Assembly: GCA_036519475.1 (NCBI GenBank)
Contig: DATDLD010000098.1
Coordinates: 1 to 49,124, forward strand
Length of the DNA stretch: 49,124 nt
Direction: 5' to 3'
Origin: Candidatus Nitrosopolaris sp.
GTDB taxonomy: Archaea; Thermoproteota; Nitrososphaeria; Nitrososphaerales; Nitrososphaeraceae
In this document: piece by piece, positions 16,916 through 26,520 of the stretch
How positions within the stretch are numbered: position 1 is the stretch's first letter
Layout: each line of letters starts with the position of its first letter
Notes under the pieces: generated by a model
Told to the model about the DNA's origin: nothing
The model's input: only the letters and a program-made list of their open reading frames with translations
Database searches by the model: none
Translations under genes and position numbers: made by a program

Positions 16916-17161
16916 ATGACTTGCAAAGGTATATGTATTCGTCATAAAGCCCAGAAGCCTGTTGGAACAGGTCGGTATGCTAGTGGACAGAAACGTTGTC
17001 AGATATGTGAAATATTCATAAAATGGGATGGTTTGTGGTGTCCCTGTTGCGGTTATAGATTAAGAACAAAACCACGTAATCTTAAATATAAAGCCAAATT
17101 GCGTGCAAGGAAGAAGATACAGGAATCACACATAGAAAAAGCGATTCCCATACGTGTATAA
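16916..17161 (+). CDS. zinc-ribbon protein with basic tail
   Basis: CKGIC...RCQICE...CPCCG, then a Lys/Arg-rich C-terminus. 81 aa. An AT-rich TATA-like region lies upstream. Confidence 0.5.
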   Translation: MTCKGICIRHKAQKPVGTGRYASGQKRCQICEIFIKWDGLWCPCCGYRLRTKPRNLKYKAKLRARKKIQESHIEKAIPIRV

Positions 17162-17172
17162 CGTCTAGCTTA

Positions 17173-17556
17173 ATGCAAAGCCAAGGATCTAATGCGCTGA
17201 TTCTTAGGACTGTTAGATCAGAAAGTACAAGAATTTTTGTAATAAAATTTCTACCTTTTGTTAATGGTCGTTTTATTGCGATATCTGAGGGTTCTGATAG
17301 AATAGGATCGATCTGCGTTTCAATCAAGTCCTACAATAAAGTTAACACGGCCAAAGTAATTCCTAGTAAAAGTGATTCGATGTTCATAAGCACTTTGTCG
17401 GAGAGAATTTCTTCAATGATAAATGGTATATCGGTAATTTCATTACATAGTTCAAAGCAGTTGAATCTGGATGATATGAGAGCGATAATTGAAGAATTAA
17501 TGAATTTGATTAAGATGGAAGGAAATGAAAGTGATAACCAAAACGAGCGCAAATAA
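17173..17556 (+). CDS. hypothetical protein
   Basis: 127-aa ORF that overlaps the ubiD-like start by 32 nt. No family recognised. Confidence 0.3.
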   Translation: MQSQGSNALILRTVRSESTRIFVIKFLPFVNGRFIAISEGSDRIGSICVSIKSYNKVNTAKVIPSKSDSMFISTLSERISSMINGISVISLHSSKQLNLDDMRAIIEELMNLIKMEGNESDNQNERK

Positions 17557-18901
17557 AACAAATCGTCCCGATCATGACTTTCGTAGCTTTCTATCTCTGC
17601 TAGAAGAAGGGGATGACCTCGTAAGAATAAAGAAGAGTGTAAGCGCCCGTTTTGAGCTCGCAGGGCTTGTGAGCAAACTTGAAGGAAAAAAGGCTGTTGT
17701 ATTCGATAAAGTCAGAGAAAGTAAAATTGCGGTAGCTTCAAATATTCTCGGCACCCGAAAGAGGTTTTCTCTAGCTGTTGGTGCAACTTATGAAAGATCT
17801 ATTCATACGCGTATTACAGAAGCTATTGCCGAAGCCTCATTATCAACACTAGTCGGGAATGCACCTTTTCAAGAAAATTCTTCAAGAGACCTATTTGATC
17901 TGCCCATAGTTACACATTTCGAGAAGGATGCTGGCCCATATATTACCTCGTCCATAGTATTTGCAAAGGATCAAGAGAGAGGAAACCAAAATTCCTCCAC
18001 ACATCGGCTATTAAGATTGGATGAAAAACATCTAGTAATTAGAATGGTTGAAGGCAGACATCTTCACAAGTGTTTCTCCTATGCAAGAGATCATGGGCAG
18101 GATCTGAAAGTTGCAATCGTCATAGGAGTGCATCCCGTAGTATGCATTGCATCAGCTTACCAGGCCCCATATGGTTTCGACGAAATGTCAATTGCAAACT
18201 CGCTGCTAGATAAACAACTTACAATAGCTAGCAGTGCTTACTCTCAGCTTTTTATCCCTTCTCATGCCGAAATTGTAATCGAGGGCAGAATACTCAAGGA
18301 CAAGAGTGAGGAGGAATGGATGGTAGAGATGCTTAGGACTTATGATCTTAAGCGTAAACAGCCTGTATTCGAGCTCGATACAATACATTTCAGAGACAAC
18401 GCAATATTCCATGATATTCTTCCAGGTTTTGCAGAACACCGCCTTCTCATGGGTTTGCCGATTGAAGCAAAGCTTTACGAAGGAATAAAAAATATTCTAC
18501 CTACAACAAAAGCTGTTCATTTAACGGACGGAGGATCCAGTTGGCTCATTGCAGTGATTCAGATTCAAAAGCGACTTGAAGGGGATCCTAAGAACGCCCT
18601 ACTGGCAGCATTTGCTCTTCATACTTCTCTAAAAATGGCAGTAGTGGTTGATGAAGATATAGATCCATTTAATCCTGTATCAGTAGAATACGCTATATCG
18701 ACTAGATGTCAAGCAGATCGAGGATTTGTAATAATCACAGGTGCTAAAGGGTCAAGTTTGGATCCCTCAAGTGATCAGCAGAATTTGCTTACAACAAAAG
18801 TTGGAATTGATGCAACTGCCACTCTTCTCAAGCCAAAATCAAGGTTTGAAATAGGGCGGATCCCTGGTGAAGAGAATATTAAACTCTTAGACTACACTTA
18901 G
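17525..18901 (+). CDS. UbiD-family (prenylated-FMN dependent) decarboxylase
   Basis: 458 aa. The N-terminus DFRSFLSLLEEGDDLVRIKK...AVVFDKV and the overall length and layout are typical of UbiD. Confidence 0.75.
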   Translation: MKVITKTSANKTNRPDHDFRSFLSLLEEGDDLVRIKKSVSARFELAGLVSKLEGKKAVVFDKVRESKIAVASNILGTRKRFSLAVGATYERSIHTRITEAIAEASLSTLVGNAPFQENSSRDLFDLPIVTHFEKDAGPYITSSIVFAKDQERGNQNSSTHRLLRLDEKHLVIRMVEGRHLHKCFSYARDHGQDLKVAIVIGVHPVVCIASAYQAPYGFDEMSIANSLLDKQLTIASSAYSQLFIPSHAEIVIEGRILKDKSEEEWMVEMLRTYDLKRKQPVFELDTIHFRDNAIFHDILPGFAEHRLLMGLPIEAKLYEGIKNILPTTKAVHLTDGGSSWLIAVIQIQKRLEGDPKNALLAAFALHTSLKMAVVVDEDIDPFNPVSVEYAISTRCQADRGFVIITGAKGSSLDPSSDQQNLLTTKVGIDATATLLKPKSRFEIGRIPGEENIKLLDYT

Positions 18902-19045
18902 TTTGAAGGATAACACCAAAGCGACCGTATCTGCATTACCTGGCACTAATCCATGTTGGGTTATGCTCACTCTTACCAAACGGACAAACGTTATCGGCGC
19001 TTATAGGTTAGATTATTATTTCCAAAATATTCAAGCTTAAGATCA

Positions 19046-19972
19046 ATGTTGGCATTGGTGGCAGCAGGAGTTTCAAAAGTATATAAGCATTCAATCTATG
19101 CGGCGTTAAAAAATATGTCATTAAGTGTAAATCGAGGGGAAATCTTTACTCTACTAGGTAGGAACGGAGCAGGGAAGACGACTTTTGTACGAATTTGTGC
19201 TACTCAATTGTTACCCAGTGCTGGAACGGTAAATATTCTCGGGTACGATGTACTAAAAGAAGAGAAAAAAGTGAGAAATCTCATTGCCATAGTGCCTCAA
19301 GAAGGTCGTCCTCTAAGGTCTCTTACTCCATGGGATCATGTCTATAATTGGCTACAGATCAGAGGAGAAGCGAGAGTTAATGCAAGAGAAAAAGCAGAAA
19401 AAATTTTAAAGAAATTTGGGCTTTACGATTCAAAAGATCTACCTGCAATGAACCTTTCGGGGGGCATGAAGCAGAAAGTACTTGTAGCTATGGCTATGGC
19501 AACTGATGCCGAAGTACTATTTTTAGACGAGCCCACTATTGGGCTGGACCCAGTCTCCCGTCGCCAAGTATGGTCGGCAATTAAGGAGTGGAAAAAAGAG
19601 GATAGGTCGATTTTGTTAACAACACATTATATGGATGAAGCAGAAATCCTTTCGGATAAAGTAGCCGTAATAGACAAAGGTAGGATCATTGCGCAGGGCT
19701 CTATCCGTGACCTTCGAAAAGTTATACCTCAAAATATTCGAGTGGATATGCCTAAGGATCTAACGAACATTGAATTGCTCAAATCGTATGGATCTGTAGT
19801 AGACACTGGGACGAATATGATACGAATATTTACTTTTGAGTCAACTATCAGAGAGTTGTCAGAATGTGCTCTAAAGAAGAACCTTTCATTTACGATTTCA
19901 CCCATAACTTTGGATGATGTGTTCGTGCATTTGGTGGGTCAAGATCTGTTTAAAGAACAGGATCTTGAATAA
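19046..19972 (+). CDS. ABC transporter ATP-binding protein (ABC-2/CcmA-like)
   Basis: Walker A GRNGAGKTT, signature LSGGMKQK, Walker B VLFLDEPT, H-loop TTHYMDE. Confidence 0.85.
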   Translation: MLALVAAGVSKVYKHSIYAALKNMSLSVNRGEIFTLLGRNGAGKTTFVRICATQLLPSAGTVNILGYDVLKEEKKVRNLIAIVPQEGRPLRSLTPWDHVYNWLQIRGEARVNAREKAEKILKKFGLYDSKDLPAMNLSGGMKQKVLVAMAMATDAEVLFLDEPTIGLDPVSRRQVWSAIKEWKKEDRSILLTTHYMDEAEILSDKVAVIDKGRIIAQGSIRDLRKVIPQNIRVDMPKDLTNIELLKSYGSVVDTGTNMIRIFTFESTIRELSECALKKNLSFTISPITLDDVFVHLVGQDLFKEQDLE

Positions 19973-20192
19973 AATAGAATGATCTAATAGGAATCTTGAA
20001 GCCTCTATTTTCCGTGTGCATAATTTTGATCGTCAATGGAAATCTCCTACCCAAATATTAGCTGTAACCTTCGATACAAATACAACTAATCTGTCAATTT
20101 TTCTATAAATGCGGTAAAAAGAGGTCTTTCTTAACGTGGTTGTCGATCGATGTCCAATGTAGGCTTGTTGTGGCATTGGCCAATAGGTTCAT

Positions 20193-20888
20193 ATGCACAA
20201 TATATTAAAATTATTTCAGTTGGATGTTTACAGATACGATGTCTATAAAAGCCCTAATATTGGATTATTTGCAAAGACAAATGATACACTAATAATCGTG
20301 CCCTTCGGTTATGCAGAAACAAAGACAAGCAAATTGATTGAATTCTTAAAAGTCGAAGGGCAGCTAAATATATCTGTTGCAGGAACACGGCTCATTGGTC
20401 CTATGACAGTAATGAATAACAAAGGTATCCTACTTCCCTCCACAGCCTCAGACGAAGAAGTTCAAGCACTAAGACAATTGGGTTGTCTCAAAGTAGAGCG
20501 GCTAAGTAGCAAATACACAGCGATTGGAAACTTAATCTCAACTAATGATAGCGGAGCGTTGGTCTCTCCAATATTTGAGCGCGAGGTAGACAGACAAATT
20601 CAAGATGTTTTGGGAGTACCAGTAAAAGCAATGAAAGTTGGTGGATATTTTCAGATCGGTTCGATGGTTGTTGCTACTAACACAGGAGCGGCAGTACATC
20701 CAAAAGCTTCCGAGGAAGAGATTAAAATTATATCTGAGACATTACGTGTACAAGTCGAACCAGTAACAGTTAATGGAGGCACACCATTTCTGTCTTCTGG
20801 TATTATTGCCAACTCAAAATCCATTATTGTTGGAAGCAGCACTAGTGGAAACGAATTGATTATGCTCAGCAGAGCGTTTAAGGCATAA
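20193..20888 (+). CDS. eif6: translation initiation factor 6 (aIF6)
   Basis: SPNIGLFAKTNDTLIIVP and repeated pentein-like segments. 231 aa, typical for aIF6. Confidence 0.8.
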   Translation: MHNILKLFQLDVYRYDVYKSPNIGLFAKTNDTLIIVPFGYAETKTSKLIEFLKVEGQLNISVAGTRLIGPMTVMNNKGILLPSTASDEEVQALRQLGCLKVERLSSKYTAIGNLISTNDSGALVSPIFEREVDRQIQDVLGVPVKAMKVGGYFQIGSMVVATNTGAAVHPKASEEEIKIISETLRVQVEPVTVNGGTPFLSSGIIANSKSIIVGSSTSGNELIMLSRAFKA

Positions 20889-21068
20889 TCATTTTATGTT
20901 TGTATCCAATTATGTGAAAAACCAAAACCGCTTACGCCAAAAACAAATATGCACTTTGATCACCTAGGTGAGAATTGATTTCTCAGTCTATAACAGAAAT
21001 TTAATTGGACAGACATAACGGGCTTAAATGCAAAAATTAATAGCCATAATGTCCTTCCGAATTTATAG

Positions 21069-22121
21069 ATGGATCTAGCAGAACGTTTGTACCTTATTAC
21101 TAAGGCGCCTACAGAAGAAGTTATAACTACAGATGAATTGAAGAGTCTGTTAGAAACTATAGACCATCCCAAACATTATATCGGATTAGAAATTTCTGGT
21201 CTGCTTCACCTTGGGAGCTTGGTTCTAACAGGTTTCAAGATAAATGATTTTATTAAAGCTCAAGTTCATAGTACGGTGTTCCTAGCCGATTGGCATAGTT
21301 ATATTAATAACAAGCTAGATGGAAGCTGGGAGAAGATCCAGTCAGCATCGAAATACTATTCTGATGCCTTCAAGTTTTTTTGTCCGGGTGTAAATATAAT
21401 GCTAGGTAGTGAACTATATAATAATACATATGACTATTGGCAAAATTTTGTACATATAGCCAAGCGAATTACATTGCAACGCACACTGAGATCCTTGACC
21501 ATAATGGGAAGACACGAAAGAGAAGATCTCGATTTTGCTCAGCTACTTTATCCTCCCATGCAAGCTGCTGACATCAAAGCACTAGAGGTAGACATCGTAC
21601 ATGCAGGGATGGACCAAAGAAAAATTCACATGCTTGTTAGGGAGATATTCCCTAAACTACGATGGAAAGTGCCAACTTCCGTACACCATCATTTGCTTCC
21701 TGGACTTTCTGAACCTTCCGGGCTAGGATTATCTACTAGTAGGTCAGAAGATGTTAGGATATCGAGCAAAATGAGTAAAACGAAACCCGCTAGCAGTATT
21801 ACGATTCACGATGATGAAACAATAATTAAGAGCAAAGTAAGTAAAGCTTTTTGCCCGGTCGGTAAGGTAGAAGGCAATCCAATTCTAGAATTAATAAAGT
21901 TTATAGTTTTTCATGAATTTACAGAATTTAATGTAGAGCGACCTGCCAAGTTTGGAGGCGATGTAACATATGCAAGCTATGAAGAGGTCGAGAAAGATTA
22001 CTTAGAAAATAAAATTCACCCGATGGACATGAAAAATGCTACTGCTTATTATATTAACAAGGTAATCGAACCAGTTCGTATGCATTTTAGGGGCAATGAA
22101 CCAAACTTGGATAGGCTGTAA
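21069..22121 (+). CDS. tyrS: tyrosyl-tRNA synthetase (archaeal type)
   Basis: YIGLEISGLLHLGS (HIGH-like), FLADWHSYINNK, GMDQRKIHML, KMSKT, KAFCPVGKVEGNPILE, RPAKFGGD and HPMDMKNA are collinear with archaeal TyrRS. Confidence 0.8.
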   Translation: MDLAERLYLITKAPTEEVITTDELKSLLETIDHPKHYIGLEISGLLHLGSLVLTGFKINDFIKAQVHSTVFLADWHSYINNKLDGSWEKIQSASKYYSDAFKFFCPGVNIMLGSELYNNTYDYWQNFVHIAKRITLQRTLRSLTIMGRHEREDLDFAQLLYPPMQAADIKALEVDIVHAGMDQRKIHMLVREIFPKLRWKVPTSVHHHLLPGLSEPSGLGLSTSRSEDVRISSKMSKTKPASSITIHDDETIIKSKVSKAFCPVGKVEGNPILELIKFIVFHEFTEFNVERPAKFGGDVTYASYEEVEKDYLENKIHPMDMKNATAYYINKVIEPVRMHFRGNEPNLDRL

Positions 22122-22218
22122 ATTGAACAGGTCAGAGCGTACTACTTTGTCTGGTTATCAAATAAAATATGCCTAAAGCAGGTAACTATATATCTGAAAA
22201 AGTGCAATATCTATTCGC

Positions 22219-22737
22219 ATGCATTCCATCGCGTACGAAGATTCTTTTGTTAAGATCGCAGGTCTAATCGGTGGCGAAGAATATGTAAAAGTGGCGCGTG
22301 CTCTTCTAAACACAGAAGATGCAACTGATGAAGAAATCGCAAACGCGACAGGCTTAAGGATTAACATTATAAGAAAAGTTCTTTATGATATGTTTGGCAA
22401 GGCACTCATCACGGGAATTAGAGTAAAAGATGACAAGAAAGGGTGGTTCGTATATAGATGGCGCGCAAAACGAGACCAAGTTGACAATTTTATAGATAAC
22501 CAAAAGAAAAAGATTCTCGATAGATTGCAAAAGCGGCTTGAATATGAAGAGTCATCTGAATTCTATTATTGCGGAAACAAAGATTGTCCTCGTGTCAAAT
22601 TCGATTCCGCAGTCGAGATATTCTTTAAATGTAGTAATTGCAAAGGGCCACTCAACATGGTCGATAATGGTAAGGTAAAGGAAGCGCTCAGATATAAAAT
22701 AGATGAGATAGTCTCCGAAATATCATCAAAAAGATAA
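22219..22737 (+). CDS. tfe: transcription factor E (TFE alpha)
   Basis: N-terminal winged-helix segment followed by the zinc ribbon CGNKDCPRV...CSNCKGPL. 172 aa. Confidence 0.7.
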   Translation: MHSIAYEDSFVKIAGLIGGEEYVKVARALLNTEDATDEEIANATGLRINIIRKVLYDMFGKALITGIRVKDDKKGWFVYRWRAKRDQVDNFIDNQKKKILDRLQKRLEYEESSEFYYCGNKDCPRVKFDSAVEIFFKCSNCKGPLNMVDNGKVKEALRYKIDEIVSEISSKR

Positions 22738-22970
22738 ATGTGCTCTATATAATAAGAAACGCACACAGCTGTACTCAAATTAGAAACTGACATTCTGGAC
22801 TATAAAATTTTTGAGGGTTAAAATCAATGTTCAAATAATATAATTCCTCTTAAACAGTAGCGTTAGAAGAATTCTTCCAGAGATTAAGCAAAATCCTCAT
22901 CGGAATCTCGATACTATTAGTACTCATATAGGTCTCAATTTCCTTAATCGAATCCTTTGAAATCCTTAAG

Positions 22971-23510
22971 CTAAAGATTGTCGCGTTTATTTTTTTGCCT
23001 TGAGCTTAAGAGTAATAATATCAAAATTACGAGAACAATCCCGATAAGAATGTAGTTTATCGGCGGTGATAGTGTTTTTGTAATTAACCCTAGCTTAGGG
23101 ATAACGAAAGTTACCTTACCGAGATAATTCCCTTCTCTTATAGGAAAGTCAATACCAGGTATCGACTCCGCATTTGCATCTCCCTTTGTTCGAATAACTC
23201 TATTTCCGTCAACGTCAGTTTGTATCTTCGCTATTCGATGCACTATTGTTTCTTGTTTTCCATCCTCCTGGATCTCAGGGGATTTGAAAACTATGATATC
23301 TCCAACTTTCAATTGGTCAAAGGGAACGTTATGATTAATGATTACAAAATCTCCTACGTTGAGATTAGGAACCATGCTGTCGCTAGCAACATGATAGAGG
23401 GGGTTGTCAACTCCAAAGGCTACCCTAATTCCAACCCAAATTATCACCACGGTAAGGACAATTAATATGATATACTTTAATAGACTCCTTTTAGATTTCT
23501 TCTCTAGCAA
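22971..23510 (-). CDS. signal peptidase I (archaeal S26B type)
   Basis: N-terminal TM helix, SDSMVPNL (catalytic Ser box), GDIIVF, HRIA, GDAN and a C-terminal TM helix. Confidence 0.75.
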   Translation of the reverse strand: MLEKKSKRSLLKYIILIVLTVVIIWVGIRVAFGVDNPLYHVASDSMVPNLNVGDFVIINHNVPFDQLKVGDIIVFKSPEIQEDGKQETIVHRIAKIQTDVDGNRVIRTKGDANAESIPGIDFPIREGNYLGKVTFVIPKLGLITKTLSPPINYILIGIVLVILILLLLSSRQKNKRDNL

Positions 23511-23681
23511 ATTAGAGGTCTTATCGGTATTGTTAATAGATAAATGTTTAGATGGTACAACTCAAGAATAGGCTAGCAATAAAACCATTCTCGAGGAACT
23601 TGAATCTCCAATGTGGCTATGAAGTGATTGCATTAGGGTATTGGATATTTATTCGTCCCTATAGAAATTAGCTGATGAACA

Positions 23682-24260
23682 ATGTTTTCAGGCAGAAAAG
23701 AAGTAGGAACACTGATAGTAGATAATCATTCGCCATTTACTCCAAATATATTAGACTGCATGAAAGTGCTCGGAGAGAATTATCTTTGCAGAAAATTTTC
23801 TGATGCAATCTCTTATCAAGATCTCCATTTTACAAGAGTTATCTTATCCGGAAGACGAAAAAATAGCAAAGATATTAACGTTATAAACTCACGAATTATA
23901 AAATATTGCCTTATGACTAATAGACCCATCTTAGGCATCTGTTATGGAGCAGAAATAATGGCGCTAACTCTAGGAGGATCTCTCGCTAGGCTGAATAATC
24001 CTCTTCAGAATACCGTTAACGTTACTGTATTACAACCAAACCCACTAGTCTCCAGTAAGACTTGCCTAAAAGTGTACGAAAGTCACAAATACTGTGTAGC
24101 ACAGTTGCCTTCAGATTTTAAGTGTCTTGCAAGCTCTTCATTTTGTAAATACGAAATATTTTCGCATAAACAAAAAATGCTATTCGGTACACAATTTCAT
24201 CCTGAGAGAAGTGGGCAGGATGGATTGATGTTGCTATCGAACTTTTTAAAACTACAGTAA
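23682..24260 (+). CDS. class I glutamine amidotransferase (GuaA-subunit-A/TrpG-like)
   Basis: ILGICYGAEIMA (nucleophile Cys) and FGTQFHPE (His-Glu). Confidence 0.7.
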   Translation: MFSGRKEVGTLIVDNHSPFTPNILDCMKVLGENYLCRKFSDAISYQDLHFTRVILSGRRKNSKDINVINSRIIKYCLMTNRPILGICYGAEIMALTLGGSLARLNNPLQNTVNVTVLQPNPLVSSKTCLKVYESHKYCVAQLPSDFKCLASSSFCKYEIFSHKQKMLFGTQFHPERSGQDGLMLLSNFLKLQ

Positions 24261-24310
24261 CATGATACAAAGAAGGATATTTATTTCGTTGAAGATAAGG
24301 TTTATCTAAC

Positions 24311-25270
24311 TTGTACTCTCAACCCCAGGAACATTTTATTACACTGCCACTGGTTAGTCTAGAAAAGGATAACGTTTGTCTCCCTCTAGTGGTTAACGTA
24401 GTTTCCAAGTACTGGGGCGAAGAAATTCCTGAAGATGAAATTATGGAATCAGCCAAAAAATATCCTCAAATAAAAGGGTCCATAATGATGGAAGGAATAG
24501 AGCTCGCCGAAAGGCACGGATTAGCGTCATATATATACAGAGGCTCTCTTCAGGACATTAAGACGAGAATAGATCAAGGTATTCCAACAATAGTTATACT
24601 TCCAGGAATTTATGATACAGTTCAATATGCCAGTATAGTAGCCGGCTACAATTCAGAAGAACGTAGAATTCTTACATACGTTCCAGAACCAGATACAATA
24701 GCTGCAATCCCAGAGTCCAAATTTGAAGACGATTGGGAGCAAGACGATAGGGTAACGCTGATCTTTGCACCGAAGGACATGAGTGACCTCTTTAGCAATG
24801 CGAATCTAAAATTCAACCTATCAAATAGGATATGTTTTCAGGCAGAAAAATTGAGAATGCAAGGTAAGATAAACCAGGCTCTAGAACAACTACGGATCGC
24901 GGTTAAAGCAGAGGACGATAATCCCCAAGTCTGGTGTCTTTTAGCCGCCATCCATAACGACTTAAATTTGAAAGAGGCAACGCAGTACTATGAAAGAGCA
25001 ATTGAAATTAACCCAAGGTATTACCTTGGATATCGAGGCCTTGGAAATTACTACATAAAAAGAAAAGATTATCCTAGTGCGGAATTTTATTATACTAAAG
25101 CTATAAATGTAAACCCGAATAGATTCGGGCCCATCTACAAGAACAGAGCATTAGCAAGGATAGAACTTAGGGACAATTTTGGAGCTAAGGAGGACTTGTT
25201 ACATTATCTAACTCAAACTCCTGATGCGACAGATCGAAAAACAATCGAGGATGCAATACAGCAACTTTAA
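24311..25270 (+). CDS. peptidase-C39-like domain protein with TPR repeats
   Basis: N-terminal papain-like/C39-like segment (NVCLPLVVNVVSKYWG). The C-terminal half has several TPR-like 34-aa repeats (YYERAIEINP, YYTKAINVNP). Confidence 0.5.
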   Translation: MYSQPQEHFITLPLVSLEKDNVCLPLVVNVVSKYWGEEIPEDEIMESAKKYPQIKGSIMMEGIELAERHGLASYIYRGSLQDIKTRIDQGIPTIVILPGIYDTVQYASIVAGYNSEERRILTYVPEPDTIAAIPESKFEDDWEQDDRVTLIFAPKDMSDLFSNANLKFNLSNRICFQAEKLRMQGKINQALEQLRIAVKAEDDNPQVWCLLAAIHNDLNLKEATQYYERAIEINPRYYLGYRGLGNYYIKRKDYPSAEFYYTKAINVNPNRFGPIYKNRALARIELRDNFGAKEDLLHYLTQTPDATDRKTIEDAIQQL

Positions 25271-25365
25271 ACATTATCTCATGATAGAAAACTGCTCGCA
25301 TTTATTTCACTAGACTCTTTAAAATCCCATGTTAAAATCGGAAAGATATTAAACAAAGTAACTAA

Positions 25366-26520
25366 ATGACACTCATGAATTACAAAAGCCTTGTATTATT
25401 AGTATTTCCATCGGTTTTTTCGCTAACGAGAAGAGATGAACTTGTGACAAGCGTTAAGGAAAAACTTCTGACAAGGGATATTGTAGTACATGATATTATT
25501 CTCGAAGATGCATGTCTTGTTTTGGTTGTCAGTGATGTAGTAGAAGCAGTTGCAACCACCTTAGAAATGTTTGGGGTGGACAAAGTTGCCATCGCAAAAC
25601 GCATTCCAAAGCAGTTTAAACAAATCGTTAAAACAATAGTTATGACTGGGCAAAAGACAATCTTGTCCAGAGAGAAATTTTTCGTCAAAGTTGAAGTGTC
25701 CCAAAATGACAAATTGACTTATGTTCAAAGAGATCTAGAATTTGCTGCTTCTGGAGAACTTATAGGAAAATTGTCAAGAACCGTAAAAGCTATTCCCGCA
25801 AAAAATGAATATGATGCAGATAAGTTGGTGCTAACTTACTTGGGCAAGAACTCTGCCTACGTGTGTCTTCAAGTGAATAAGGGGATGGGTGGTATTACAT
25901 ATAACTCTCAAAAAGAGGATATAACCTGTAGTATACATAATATAACGTCTACCATATCGTGCTTAAAATCTTTAAAATGCGGGTTTGCACCCAATTATCT
26001 GATTCCTTACACCAACCATTGCGATCTTACTGAGAATGTCAAGCTCTTTGGCTTTGTAGCCAATAAGTCTCCGCACAAAAAATATAAAATACGGGTTGGG
26101 CGGATCGATCTTCCCAGTGGAATCAATGAGAATTTGGAACTTATGTTCAAGGAAAGTGTGTGTGCTGAAGTTTTAACACTCCTGCCAGGAAAAGGGATAA
26201 TTATACCTTTAAGCGCATCATTCTATCCCCTGTGGTTTGTGAAGGCAACTATCAAAAGGGTATTTGCTGGAGGCAAGATCCCATGGATGCCATTAGCCGT
26301 TTCTACGAATAGTATTTATTATGACGCTGAGGAATTAGGCCTTGAGGATAGAATATCATTTATTGATAAGCTAGTCATAAAAACAAGTTTCGACAAGAGA
26401 GACTACGAAAGATTTCAGGATAAAATTGACACCATGTCAAGAGTGACATTCAAGGGCATTAAAATCGTTTCACTTGAGATAGGACCTAATTATCTTCACG
26501 ACATTGTCGATTCCATTTAA
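25366..26520 (+). CDS. THUMP/ThiI-like protein with a degenerate PP-loop
   Basis: The first ~170 aa resemble ferredoxin-like plus THUMP domains (KFFVKVEV, AYVCLQV). Where ThiI has SGGxDS, this protein has SIHNITS. Weak call. Confidence 0.3.
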   Translation: MTLMNYKSLVLLVFPSVFSLTRRDELVTSVKEKLLTRDIVVHDIILEDACLVLVVSDVVEAVATTLEMFGVDKVAIAKRIPKQFKQIVKTIVMTGQKTILSREKFFVKVEVSQNDKLTYVQRDLEFAASGELIGKLSRTVKAIPAKNEYDADKLVLTYLGKNSAYVCLQVNKGMGGITYNSQKEDITCSIHNITSTISCLKSLKCGFAPNYLIPYTNHCDLTENVKLFGFVANKSPHKKYKIRVGRIDLPSGINENLELMFKESVCAEVLTLLPGKGIIIPLSASFYPLWFVKATIKRVFAGGKIPWMPLAVSTNSIYYDAEELGLEDRISFIDKLVIKTSFDKRDYERFQDKIDTMSRVTFKGIKIVSLEIGPNYLHDIVDSI

